A DNA stretch of 64,000 bases from Candidatus Saccharimonadota bacterium (GTDB lineage Bacteria > Patescibacteriota > Saccharimonadia > Saccharimonadales > SZUA-47), in assembly GCA_016700315.1 (NCBI GenBank), contig CP065013.1, forward strand, positions 65,449-129,448. Direction: 5' to 3'. The position numbers and the translations under genes were made by a program. This document shows, piece by piece, positions 1 to 8,018 of the stretch; the stretch's first letter is position 1; each line of letters begins with the position of its first letter. The notes under the pieces were generated by a model. It had not been told where the DNA came from. It saw only the letters and a program-made list of their open reading frames with translations, and did not search any database.

Positions 1-1124
1 TTAAGCAGCGGAAAAACAGCATACCGAACAGGCGCAAGCTCTGGCTTTAGCTTAAGCAGTGTTCTAACTTCGCCGTTTTGGAGCGTCTCTTCTGTATAAG
101 CGTCACTTAGTACAGCTAGGAATATGCGCCCCATTCCAGCCGACGTTTCTAGCACCCATGGAATGAATTTTTCTTTAGTTTGTGGGTCAGTGTAGCTCAG
201 ATCAACTCCAGAAAACTTCGTGTGCTGGCTTAGATCGTAATCACTACGGTCGTGGATTCCCTCTACCTCGTCAAAGCCTAGACTTGGATAATTGTATTCA
301 ATGTCCCAAGCATCCTTTGCATAAAAAACCAGGTTCTGGTGCTGTGTTAGCCTCAGATTCTCTTCCTTTATTCCCAGACTTAGGTACCAGTTCCATCTGT
401 CCTGCTTAATCTTTTCGTAAATTTCTTTATTCTGATTTGGTTTGACGAAATATTGGGTGTCCGCCTGCTCCATTTCGCGCGTTCTAAACAAGAAATTCCT
501 AGGACTAATCTCATTTCTAAAAGCTTTACCTATCTGGGCAATGCCAAAAGGCACCTTCATGCGCGTAGTATCAATGACGTTTTTAAAGTTCAAGTAAATT
601 CCTTGACAAGCCTCTCCGGGTAGGTAAACTGGCCGCTCGTCATGACCAGTAAAATCCCCAAGATTTGATTTTACTAAAAGATTAAAAGCCTTAACTTCTG
701 TAAAATCTTTTTTGCCGCAGCTGGGGCACTTTATTTTTTCACGATTGGAATCAAAAAGTTTATTTAGCTGGTCTTCGGTCATTTTTTCGTCGGCAACAAC
801 TCCAACGACAGTAAGCTCTTTGTCTACTCTAATACGGGTGTGGCACTGCTTACATTCGCTTAGCGGATCGCTAAATCCGCCGACATGACCACTTGCCTCC
901 CAGACTTTTGGGTTTTTAAACATTGCGGAATCGATACCAACCATATCCTCGCGGTCATGAACATTACTCTTCCACCAAGATTTTTTAATGTTGTTTAGCA
1001 GCTCTACTCCATACGGTCCGAAGTCATATAGACCTGCCTCACCCCCATATATCTCACTGCCCGGATATACAAAGCCGCGACGCTTGCATAAGGAAATTAT
1101 TTTTTCTAGAGTTACATCATTCAT
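1..1124 (-). CDS. glyQS: glycine--tRNA ligase (dimeric GlyQS type); C-terminal part runs off the window
   Basis: Not in the ORF track because there is no stop inside the window. My minus-strand translation from the ATG at 1122-1124 reads MNDVTLEKIISLCKRRGFVYPGSEIYGGEAGLYDFGPYGVELLNNIKKSWW...GKAFRNEISPRNFLFRTREMEQ...ETSAGMGRIFLAVL. The frame stays open to position 1. Confidence 0.85.
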   Translation of the reverse strand, partial: MNDVTLEKIISLCKRRGFVYPGSEIYGGEAGLYDFGPYGVELLNNIKKSWWKSNVHDREDMVGIDSAMFKNPKVWEASGHVGGFSDPLSECKQCHTRIRVDKELTVVGVVADEKMTEDQLNKLFDSNREKIKCPSCGKKDFTEVKAFNLLVKSNLGDFTGHDERPVYLPGEACQGIYLNFKNVIDTTRMKVPFGIAQIGKAFRNEISPRNFLFRTREMEQADTQYFVKPNQNKEIYEKIKQDRWNWYLSLGIKEENLRLTQHQNLVFYAKDAWDIEYNYPSLGFDEVEGIHDRSDYDLSQHTKFSGVDLSYTDPQTKEKFIPWVLETSAGMGRIFLAVLSDAYTEETLQNGEVRTLLKLKPELAPVRYAVFPLL

Positions 1125-1133
1125 TAAGGTGTA

Positions 1134-1466
1134 TTATAAACCAAACGCAAACTTTATACGACGCAGTATGGAGACATTTGGCACTTCATGAACACAGAAA
1201 CTACTCTGCGGAGGCCCTATGATGCAGGTTGGCTCTTGTGCGCGAAGCTTAGAAAGTCTCCTGCTCTCAACCGCATGATCAATCACACATAGTCTCTCTA
1301 AGCCAGTTCGTCGTACAATCCGGGGCGGATTTTCTTCACCGACATGTTCAATAGGCGGCATTCGCTTTTCGAAATCCTCTGGGTCGAATAAGCCAGCAAC
1401 CAGATCAGGCCTGGCACCTTCGCAATTTGCTAATAATTTTACACAACATCTATCCGACACTCGCAC
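1134..1466 (-). CDS. hypothetical protein (doubtful; may be a non-coding leader instead)
   Basis: 110-aa ORF with a GTG start that exactly fills the recO-glyQS gap. It is Cys/Arg-rich with no recognisable domain and looks G+C-richer than its neighbours. Confidence 0.25.
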   Translation of the reverse strand: MRVSDRCCVKLLANCEGARPDLVAGLFDPEDFEKRMPPIEHVGEENPPRIVRRTGLERLCVIDHAVESRRLSKLRAQEPTCIIGPPQSSFCVHEVPNVSILRRIKFAFGL

Positions 1467-1485
1467 TATTATATTATTCGTACTG

Positions 1486-2169
1486 CTATAATGAAAGACT
1501 TACTAGCCTTTCGAACAAATTAGTCGCCTTAAAGCCTTCATCAATGCTAATACTTAAACGATTTAATCTTTGAACGTCGTATTCTTGAGCCAGCCTGATG
1601 ATTTTTATATCTTTTGCGGTAAAATCACCGGCACTACTTAATACAAAAGCCTGTGCTAGAAGATCATAATTATATGTCTTGTTCAGTTCAAGTACTTTGC
1701 CGGTAGCCTCTTTGTATGCATCAACATTTCGCCCGTTCAAGTTAAGCCAGCGTGAATAGAAATATAACTTAGCAGCCCACAATTTAGAAGTTTGCTCGTT
1801 CAAAAAACTAATTGTGTTTTTAAGTAGCTCATACAGGTCGCCGTCAGCAGAAGACTCGATGTGCTTATTGTACAGTTTTAGCACCTCATACAGCCACATT
1901 GTTTTCTCTAGGTTTTTAGAGATATTGTCATAAACTCGTTTACTACTCGCTCCTACCAGAGTCTTAAGTTCTGAGCGGCCGTTAATGAATACTATGTCGG
2001 ACACGCAAAAAAGCTCGATTCCACCTGCCATTTTGCTTTTTGGTTTTCTTGCTCCTTTTACTAGGCAGCTAATTTTTCCAAACTTGGGGCTAAGAAAGGC
2101 TACGATCCTATCCGCCTCGCCATAGTCTCGTCTCGACAAAACAATTGATTCAGTTTGTTCGCGTTGCAT
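1486..2169 (-). CDS. recO: DNA repair protein RecO
   Basis: 227 aa. The N-terminal OB-fold signature IVLSRRDYGEADRIVAFLSPKFGKISCLVKGARKPKSK is typical of RecO. The recO-glyQS neighbourhood is also common. Confidence 0.85.
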   Translation of the reverse strand: MQREQTESIVLSRRDYGEADRIVAFLSPKFGKISCLVKGARKPKSKMAGGIELFCVSDIVFINGRSELKTLVGASSKRVYDNISKNLEKTMWLYEVLKLYNKHIESSADGDLYELLKNTISFLNEQTSKLWAAKLYFYSRWLNLNGRNVDAYKEATGKVLELNKTYNYDLLAQAFVLSSAGDFTAKDIKIIRLAQEYDVQRLNRLSISIDEGFKATNLFERLVSLSL

Positions 2170-2175
2170 CTTCTA

Positions 2176-2538
2176 TTAGGCCTGGAGCTCAGCAGTTACT
2201 CTTTTTAGGTCTGCTAACGTAGTATTGGGTTTGTATAAGTATCTTGCCACTCTAAGTCGTTTGAAGTTTTTGGACTGTAGAACCGCTGAGCTAATAAATG
2301 TGTTAGTTAGTAGCACCACTATTAGATCAGAAAGATCAGAGTAGCTGCGAAGTTCGTTTAAGATGTCAAAACAATTGTGATCACCAAGTTGATACTCGCA
2401 TATCAGAAGATCAACTTTTTGATTATCCAATGTTTCAAATAGTTGCTCAACGCTTTCCACTGTAATTACGCTAGAACCGATATACTCGGTTATTGACGCA
2501 GCTTGAATTGGGTCTGGTTCAAACAAAATGGTTGTCAT
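2176..2538 (-). CDS. atypical receiver-domain protein (Glu at the predicted phospho-acceptor)
   Basis: 120 aa with a CheY-like pattern: VDLLICEYQLGDHNCFDIL, VVLLTN, YLYKP. The acceptor Asp position reads Glu. Confidence 0.6.
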   Translation of the reverse strand: MTTILFEPDPIQAASITEYIGSSVITVESVEQLFETLDNQKVDLLICEYQLGDHNCFDILNELRSYSDLSDLIVVLLTNTFISSAVLQSKNFKRLRVARYLYKPNTTLADLKRVTAELQA

Positions 2539-3230
2539 ACTATTTTCAGTTGAGCACTTGGCATTAATGTCATGCTGTAACCCGACCCAGCAGTAGATGA
2601 GATTAGTTTTAACTTACCGTTCATAGCGCATAGAAGTTGGTTCGCAACATAAATACTTGCCGTAGGACCACCCCCAGCAATGTGAGACAAATCCGCACTG
2701 TTTTTGTGCTTCAAGCCATCAACACTTATTTGCCAAAGCGCCTGTTTAATATCGGCAGAACTTATAATCTTAATGTTCGGACAGTTATTTTTTTGGCCAA
2801 CATAAATCATGATTTTTTGAACTTTGCTAAAACCATAGCCAATGGTTGCAATCGTTCTCAATAATGTTCTGAGTACGGCGGTTAGCGCTTCAGGATTGAG
2901 CATGGCATTGTTTTTGACCCTAAAGTCGGTAGTAACTTGGCAGCCATAGCGCCTTATAAAGCTATGGCTCAAATTGATCGCATCGTAAACAGCTGCCGAA
3001 GGTGATTGAGCAACCAGCGGTAGCTCTAGTTGATTCAACCCACTGCGCAGTCCCAGCAACAAACTATCTATGTCATTCATCGCGCTACGAGCCAGTAGCT
3101 CTATCTGCCCAAAAGAATCAAGGTTTTTTGTATGTCTAGCCAACTCGGCAGTGTAGGCAATCTGCATCAGCGGCGTCTTTAAATCATCCGCCAAAGCCCC
3201 TACTATATAAGTTTGATCAATCTTGTTCAC
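2535..3230 (-). CDS. degenerate histidine-kinase-like protein (Asp at the H-box His position)
   Basis: 231 aa with an H-box-like ALADDLKTPLMQI. The C-terminal HATPase_c-like lid reads GGGPTASIYVANQLL...GSGYSMTLMP. No TM or sensor domain. It overlaps the receiver ORF by 4 nt. Confidence 0.55.
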   Translation of the reverse strand: MNKIDQTYIVGALADDLKTPLMQIAYTAELARHTKNLDSFGQIELLARSAMNDIDSLLLGLRSGLNQLELPLVAQSPSAAVYDAINLSHSFIRRYGCQVTTDFRVKNNAMLNPEALTAVLRTLLRTIATIGYGFSKVQKIMIYVGQKNNCPNIKIISSADIKQALWQISVDGLKHKNSADLSHIAGGGPTASIYVANQLLCAMNGKLKLISSTAGSGYSMTLMPSAQLKIV

Positions 3231-3262
3231 CTTACCCTCAATTATTACTAATTATACTTTAA

Positions 3263-3925
3263 TTAGGGTACGAAGGTTAGGCTTTCTAGCACTATGTTGT
3301 CGAAATCACTGGCGAATTCTTTGCTTTCGCTATAAATAAATATCGTTTTATCACGTAGCGGCAGTATTACCATAGATCCCACTTTACGAGAATCGACTTC
3401 CCCGTCTAGTCTTGTGCCCAGTATCGATGGCACTAATTTGGCCCGGTACGGCATTGCTGTCAGCTTACCGCTTTTAATCGAGGATTTATACGACTCTAGT
3501 GTTTTATCGTAGTTCTGATTCGTTACTCTAACTTTCAGAGCATAAGAAAAACTATCGCTAACTCCCGATGACGGTATCAAGATTGGATGAAAAGTGGCAT
3601 TGACAGGAGTTGAGGCACTTGGATTGGTAAGGCCGCTCCAGGTTTTGGGATAAGAGAAAGTAATCTGGCCATAGGTTGGGTCGCCTTGAAACTGCCGTGT
3701 AGGCTGTTTCTCTTTTTCGGCAAACTCTAGTTCCTTTTTGCTAGCTTCTTGTTTCTTGGCAACTTCTACGGCCTCGGCTATTTTCTTATCAACACTTGTT
3801 TGTAAATCCTGCTTGCGAGCAAAAGTAAAAGCACCAAAAACGCTACTGACAACAAACAAAACACCTAAAGTAATAGCTACGACTAAAGTAGCTGCTACTT
3901 CCCCACGATAATAACGCTTGTGCAT
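3263..3925 (-). CDS. hypothetical membrane-anchored exported protein
   Basis: The ORF track gives 3263..4042. I trimmed it to the ATG at 3925 (MHKRYYRGEVAATLVVAITLGVLFVV) to avoid overlap with 3963..4457. It has a single N-terminal TM helix and no recognised family. Confidence 0.5.
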   Translation of the reverse strand: MHKRYYRGEVAATLVVAITLGVLFVVSSVFGAFTFARKQDLQTSVDKKIAEAVEVAKKQEASKKELEFAEKEKQPTRQFQGDPTYGQITFSYPKTWSGLTNPSASTPVNATFHPILIPSSGVSDSFSYALKVRVTNQNYDKTLESYKSSIKSGKLTAMPYRAKLVPSILGTRLDGEVDSRKVGSMVILPLRDKTIFIYSESKEFASDFDNIVLESLTFVP

Positions 3926-3962
3926 ATCTGTAATATTACTTGAGTTTAAATCGCTATGCAAG

Positions 3963-4457
3963 CTAGTTGTACATGTAAAGCAGCATGCCTTGCCTCTCAT
4001 CAGATATGCTTTTTTCAGGTATCCTGAAAGCATAACTAACAAGTTTAACCGGCTTAACCTTACATTCGTTTATAATTTTTTTGTGCAATCTCTGCATAAA
4101 CCTTGTGTGCAGAAATACAAATATGCCATCTGCATCGGAGACGCTGGTAGTCCAAAAATTACCCCACCTTACAGTTACGAGCTGGCCATAACGGCGGGTT
4201 CTGAGCCACGCGATTATCACTAGAAACAAGTTTATTTCTACTCCTACGGCTTTAATTCCTTGTTGTGCAGCTAAGCTCAGGATTTTACCGTCACCGCAAC
4301 CAAGATCAAATAATGTTTGACCCTTTTTTAGATCAAGCATTTTAAGCGCCACTTCAGCTTGTGGCCTAAGGGTCGGCAGGTACGGTGCTCCGACAAAAAC
4401 CACGATTCCGAAAAGCAATATGACCGCCAAAACTATTATTAATATCAATGCCGGCAT
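3963..4457 (-). CDS. class I SAM-dependent methyltransferase with an N-terminal TM anchor
   Basis: 164 aa. A hydrophobic N-terminus is followed by SAM motif I, LFDLGCGDGKILSLAA. Confidence 0.7.
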   Translation of the reverse strand: MPALILIIVLAVILLFGIVVFVGAPYLPTLRPQAEVALKMLDLKKGQTLFDLGCGDGKILSLAAQQGIKAVGVEINLFLVIIAWLRTRRYGQLVTVRWGNFWTTSVSDADGIFVFLHTRFMQRLHKKIINECKVKPVKLVSYAFRIPEKSISDERQGMLLYMYN

Positions 4458-4464
4458 ATCGCCC

Positions 4465-4644
4465 CTAGGCCTTCTTTATCTTCTTGATTTGTAGCTCGGC
4501 TTTCGCGATCCGTTCATTAAGCTCGGCAATGAGCTTCTGCCCCTGTTTAAATTTATCAACTGCTTCGTCTATATCAACCTGATCTGACTCAAACCATTCA
4601 ATTATTTGGTCTAGCTGAGCCTGCAATTCCGAAAAACTCTTCAT
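4465..4644 (-). CDS. xseB: exodeoxyribonuclease VII small subunit
   Basis: Below the ORF-track size cutoff. My translation is MKSFSELQAQLDQIIEWFESDQVDIDEAVDKFKQGQKLIAELNERIAKAELQIKKIKKA (59 aa), a typical XseB helical hairpin. Its start overlaps the xseA stop as ATGA. Confidence 0.75.
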   Translation of the reverse strand: MKSFSELQAQLDQIIEWFESDQVDIDEAVDKFKQGQKLIAELNERIAKAELQIKKIKKA

Positions 4645-5759
4645 GTCGAACTAATTGTAACCGACACATCACCATCTGCAAAACTAAGATCAAAACTTTT
4701 TTCGTTTTTAGCTTTGACCGCGGAGACAATGTACTTGCCGTTTTTTCTAGCCAGAGCATAGCCGCGCCGCAAAACCGCTGCCGGGTCAAGAACCCGAAGC
4801 GCCTTGGTGCTAGACTCTATAGCTTTTCTTTTGTTGCTAAAGATCCTATCGACAACCGCATTCAATACATCAGTCCTAACACCGATCCAGCTGCTGTTAG
4901 CGCCAATACAGCCAATTAAACCTTGTCTCAACCAGTCATTTTTGTTTGCAAGATTTTGGATAAAGTCTTTCTTGTCGGGTAGTAGCAGCTCGGCCGCATT
5001 ACTAGGAGTACTTGCCCGTGCATCAGCCGCAAGCTCTGCCAAGCTAAAGTCACGTTCATGCCCTATTGCCGCCAAGGTTGGTATGCGACTTGAGGCCACA
5101 GCCCGCACAACTCTTTCATCATTAAATGCAGCCAGATCATCGGCACTACCGCCGCCGCGAGTGATCACCACAACATCCGCAGGCTGTTCGGCCAAGTTAG
5201 ATAAAGCTATGGCCTCGATAATTTGTGCCGGCGCATCGACGCCTTGCACCAAAACAGAATAAACCTCGATTTCTGCAAGCGGCCAGCGACTCCGAGCTAT
5301 TTTTATGAAATCACTGTATGCGGCTGACTCATCGGATGTCACTAGTGCTACTTTCTGCGGCAGCAGTGGCAGCGCTCTTTTTCTCTCGACAGCAAAAAGA
5401 CCTTCGCGCTCTAGCTTTTTTTGTAGCAAACTTGCCGCTTTTACAATCGAACCCTCGCCAACCGGCCTGACAGAACTTAAGTTGGCCGTAAAGCCGAATT
5501 GTGGGTGCAACCTCGGTGCAACCGTAACCTCAACCATCATTCCGTCTTCCAGCGGCCCCGGCAGCATATAGACTGTGCCAAAACAGTGTAGCTTGGCATA
5601 TTCATCACGCACATCAAAGTACAGCCATTTCCCCTTAGCAACACGAAAGTTAACCAGCTCACCAACTATGGTCATCTGCGGATAGACCATTTCTAAAGTC
5701 TGGTTAAGCAAACCTACAGCGTCACTAACACCTAAAATAATGCTTTCTATTCCCTGCAC
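4641..5759 (-). CDS. xseA: exodeoxyribonuclease VII large subunit
   Basis: 372 aa. The N-terminal OB fold reads VGELVNFRVAKGKWLYFDVRDEYAKLHCFG, followed by the catalytic region ITRGGGSADDL. It is translationally coupled to xseB. Confidence 0.85.
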   Translation of the reverse strand: MQGIESIILGVSDAVGLLNQTLEMVYPQMTIVGELVNFRVAKGKWLYFDVRDEYAKLHCFGTVYMLPGPLEDGMMVEVTVAPRLHPQFGFTANLSSVRPVGEGSIVKAASLLQKKLEREGLFAVERKRALPLLPQKVALVTSDESAAYSDFIKIARSRWPLAEIEVYSVLVQGVDAPAQIIEAIALSNLAEQPADVVVITRGGGSADDLAAFNDERVVRAVASSRIPTLAAIGHERDFSLAELAADARASTPSNAAELLLPDKKDFIQNLANKNDWLRQGLIGCIGANSSWIGVRTDVLNAVVDRIFSNKRKAIESSTKALRVLDPAAVLRRGYALARKNGKYIVSAVKAKNEKSFDLSFADGDVSVTISST

Positions 5760-5762
5760 CTG

Positions 5763-6842
5763 CTAAACCTCTTCGTGAGATTCAATATCTTTTTCTAGCT
5801 CATAGATTTGGCGGTTGTTCATGTTGCGATGATAGAAATAGTAGCCAATTGGCAGACCGATTAGCATCGTGATAACTCGATAGACGACTGTCGCCGATAG
5901 TGCCAAAGCCTTGTCCACACCACTGGCCGTCATGACCGCCGTCATTAGGCCTTCATAAACGCCGACACCACCAGGCAAAATCGCTACCAACCCAGCTAGG
6001 TTGGCGATGGCGTAGGCAATTATGAGTCCACCTGGGTTGATGTATTCTCCGAATGCAACGTAAGCTGAATAAATCGTCAATATTTCTGTAGTATTTATCA
6101 AAAGCGCCCACAAAAATGGACGCTTTAGAGCACTCTTGTCAGCCATCAGACTCATGTAATCTCGGTGCATCTCATCGAGCGTTTTCTCGACTTTAGCTAT
6201 GCTGATCGTATCCTTTTTGTTCTTTCTAAATAACCCTACGACTCGATTAACGAAGCGCGGCAGCCAACGAACAAAAGCTTTTATGCGGTTTGAGTCACTA
6301 ATAATGTAAATCGAAAGCAGTACACCAAAAATTGTCAAAAACATCACGCTGCTAGCTATCAAGATTGTAAGCGGGTTGGTCTTTCGTCTGAGCGCCAGCA
6401 CAAATAAGCCGAAAACCAGAAGAAGCAGAAACGAAATAAAAGTGAGAGCAAACCGAAGTAGCTGCGCCAAAGTACTTTGTGCAGTGCCAATACCCTCTTT
6501 TTTGAGTCTCAAGCTCAAATAGCTAAAACCACTGACACCGCCACTTGGGAAAACGTGATTTACAAAGTTTAGCTCCATGGCAATTTTGAAAGCCGTTTTT
6601 GGCTTTAGCGCCTCACCTCGAGCTTTGAAGAAGTCGCCGTACAACCTACCGACCGCGTAATAACCCAAAAACTGGAGTGGGATCATTAGCAGTAACGAAA
6701 AAGTATCGAGCTGCCCAAGCTTACTGAAGGCATCGACAATGGCGTGCCGACTAACAAAAATAAGTACCAGCAGCGCCAGACTAGTCAGCAGATTAAGTAG
6801 GAGCTTAATCCTTTTTGTTTTTTTGGTTTCTTTGATATCCAT
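5763..6842 (-). CDS. polytopic membrane protein, flippase-like / lysyl-PG-synthase TM-domain (UPF0104) family
   Basis: 359 aa with a Lys-rich N-terminus followed by about 8 hydrophobic helices. The family assignment is from memory of the architecture only. Confidence 0.5.
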   Translation of the reverse strand: MDIKETKKTKRIKLLLNLLTSLALLVLIFVSRHAIVDAFSKLGQLDTFSLLLMIPLQFLGYYAVGRLYGDFFKARGEALKPKTAFKIAMELNFVNHVFPSGGVSGFSYLSLRLKKEGIGTAQSTLAQLLRFALTFISFLLLLVFGLFVLALRRKTNPLTILIASSVMFLTIFGVLLSIYIISDSNRIKAFVRWLPRFVNRVVGLFRKNKKDTISIAKVEKTLDEMHRDYMSLMADKSALKRPFLWALLINTTEILTIYSAYVAFGEYINPGGLIIAYAIANLAGLVAILPGGVGVYEGLMTAVMTASGVDKALALSATVVYRVITMLIGLPIGYYFYHRNMNNRQIYELEKDIESHEEV

Positions 6843-6906
6843 CAGCTTGAATTATAAGCCACACCCTCTACCACTTCAATCAAAACTCTATTTGATTATC
6901 ACGGAG

Positions 6907-7959
6907 CTATATTTTTTCTGCGAAAACTACAAGCCTGTCCTCATAATGATCACCACTAATTTTTCCTGTACAAGTTACCAAATTTAATCCCTGTTTATCC
7001 CGAGATACAGAGCTATATAGATCGACGTTTGCCTCTCCAGCCTTGTATGTCTGACTTCTAACAACCACATACGTGTACGTTTGCCCTGTGACGTCTGTTA
7101 CTACTATCTGGTCGCCCGCAGCTAACTTGCCGAGATTATAAAATATTCCTGGTTTAGTCGGGCCGTGCACATGCCCGTTTATCACCACAACTCCCTTATC
7201 TTCAGACGGTTTGGCGCTGTTATTTGCCCAGCCCACATTCCATATATTGCCCGGTACGGCTAGCGCGCCGGATTTTGTAACTCCAACAGCTTGCACGTAA
7301 CCAGCTATACCTAACTTTTTAATACTAATTTTTCTAGGACGAGAACCATCTGCTGACTTGTAAGCCCCAGCTGGCTTTGTTTCGTCAATTTTACTGCGGC
7401 TCAGATCTTCGTTCTGTTGGACGTCTTCTGTTTCCGTCGATTCACCGAGAACTGCTGTTTGATCCTCTGTGGCATAAGCAACTTCTGGCACTGCCTCAAC
7501 TTTTCGCAAAGCCTTTTGGTATTGCAGAGCCGTAAAGCCCAGAAGCCCGCTCATAGCGAATGCCAGTACCACCGCCAGGTTTGCAACTTTTTTTGACCTA
7601 CTGCGCTTTGGTTTTTTTGGTGTTGTGCTTAACTCGGTGGCTGCTACAGTTTGAATGGGTTGAGGTCGCCGAACAGTTTTGGATGCTGTTTTTCCAACAG
7701 GCATTGTTGCTGGCAACGCCGCTGGCACGAGCTTGGCTGGCTGACGATAAAATCGGGCGTAGTTTTCACTGCTACTGTTGAGTCTTTTTTTGCTGACTAC
7801 AATATCCTGAAGGTGATGAGTTGGCCTGGATTTTGGCAAACTGTAAACTAGCCCTGCCCGACTAACCCTTTGATCGCCTAAAAGGCGGCGCGCACTCGAA
7901 GAATAGTCCAGTACTGCAGCTGGAGTCGAAACAGATTGTCTTTGCGTCCGAGCGTCCAT
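6907..7959 (-). CDS. sortase family transpeptidase
   Basis: 350 aa with a disordered N-terminus and one TM helix (VANLAVVLAFAMSGLLGFTAL). The C-terminal sortase fold has His (VVINGHVHG) and the catalytic Cys motif LNLVTCTG. Confidence 0.75.
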   Translation of the reverse strand: MDARTQRQSVSTPAAVLDYSSSARRLLGDQRVSRAGLVYSLPKSRPTHHLQDIVVSKKRLNSSSENYARFYRQPAKLVPAALPATMPVGKTASKTVRRPQPIQTVAATELSTTPKKPKRSRSKKVANLAVVLAFAMSGLLGFTALQYQKALRKVEAVPEVAYATEDQTAVLGESTETEDVQQNEDLSRSKIDETKPAGAYKSADGSRPRKISIKKLGIAGYVQAVGVTKSGALAVPGNIWNVGWANNSAKPSEDKGVVVINGHVHGPTKPGIFYNLGKLAAGDQIVVTDVTGQTYTYVVVRSQTYKAGEANVDLYSSVSRDKQGLNLVTCTGKISGDHYEDRLVVFAEKI

Positions 7960-8018
7960 ATTTTTGGGCGCGTCCTTTTTTGGTTATTTTTATTTTTCGT
8001 TAAAGATACTAGTTCATT

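Noticed and set aside
1134-1466. RNase P RNA, tmRNA or SRP RNA in the G+C-richer recO-glyQS spacer.
   Set aside because: There are only fragmentary resemblances (GGTGCCAGG, GAACTGGCTTA), and they are in the wrong order. I found no GAGGAAAGUCC-type P4 strand, no tRNA-like 3' end with CCA and no SRP GGAA loop motif. The region is left as an uncertain CDS or leader.
4804-5262. Long antisense ORFs opposite confirmed genes. Examples: 4804..5262, 5305..5571, 37000..37359, 43344..43769, 43991..44350, 50595..50936, 54070..54465, 55499..55822.
   Set aside because: They lie entirely within, and antisense to, genes with clear homology. They have low-complexity Ser/Leu/Ala-rich translations typical of shadow frames and no independent start context.
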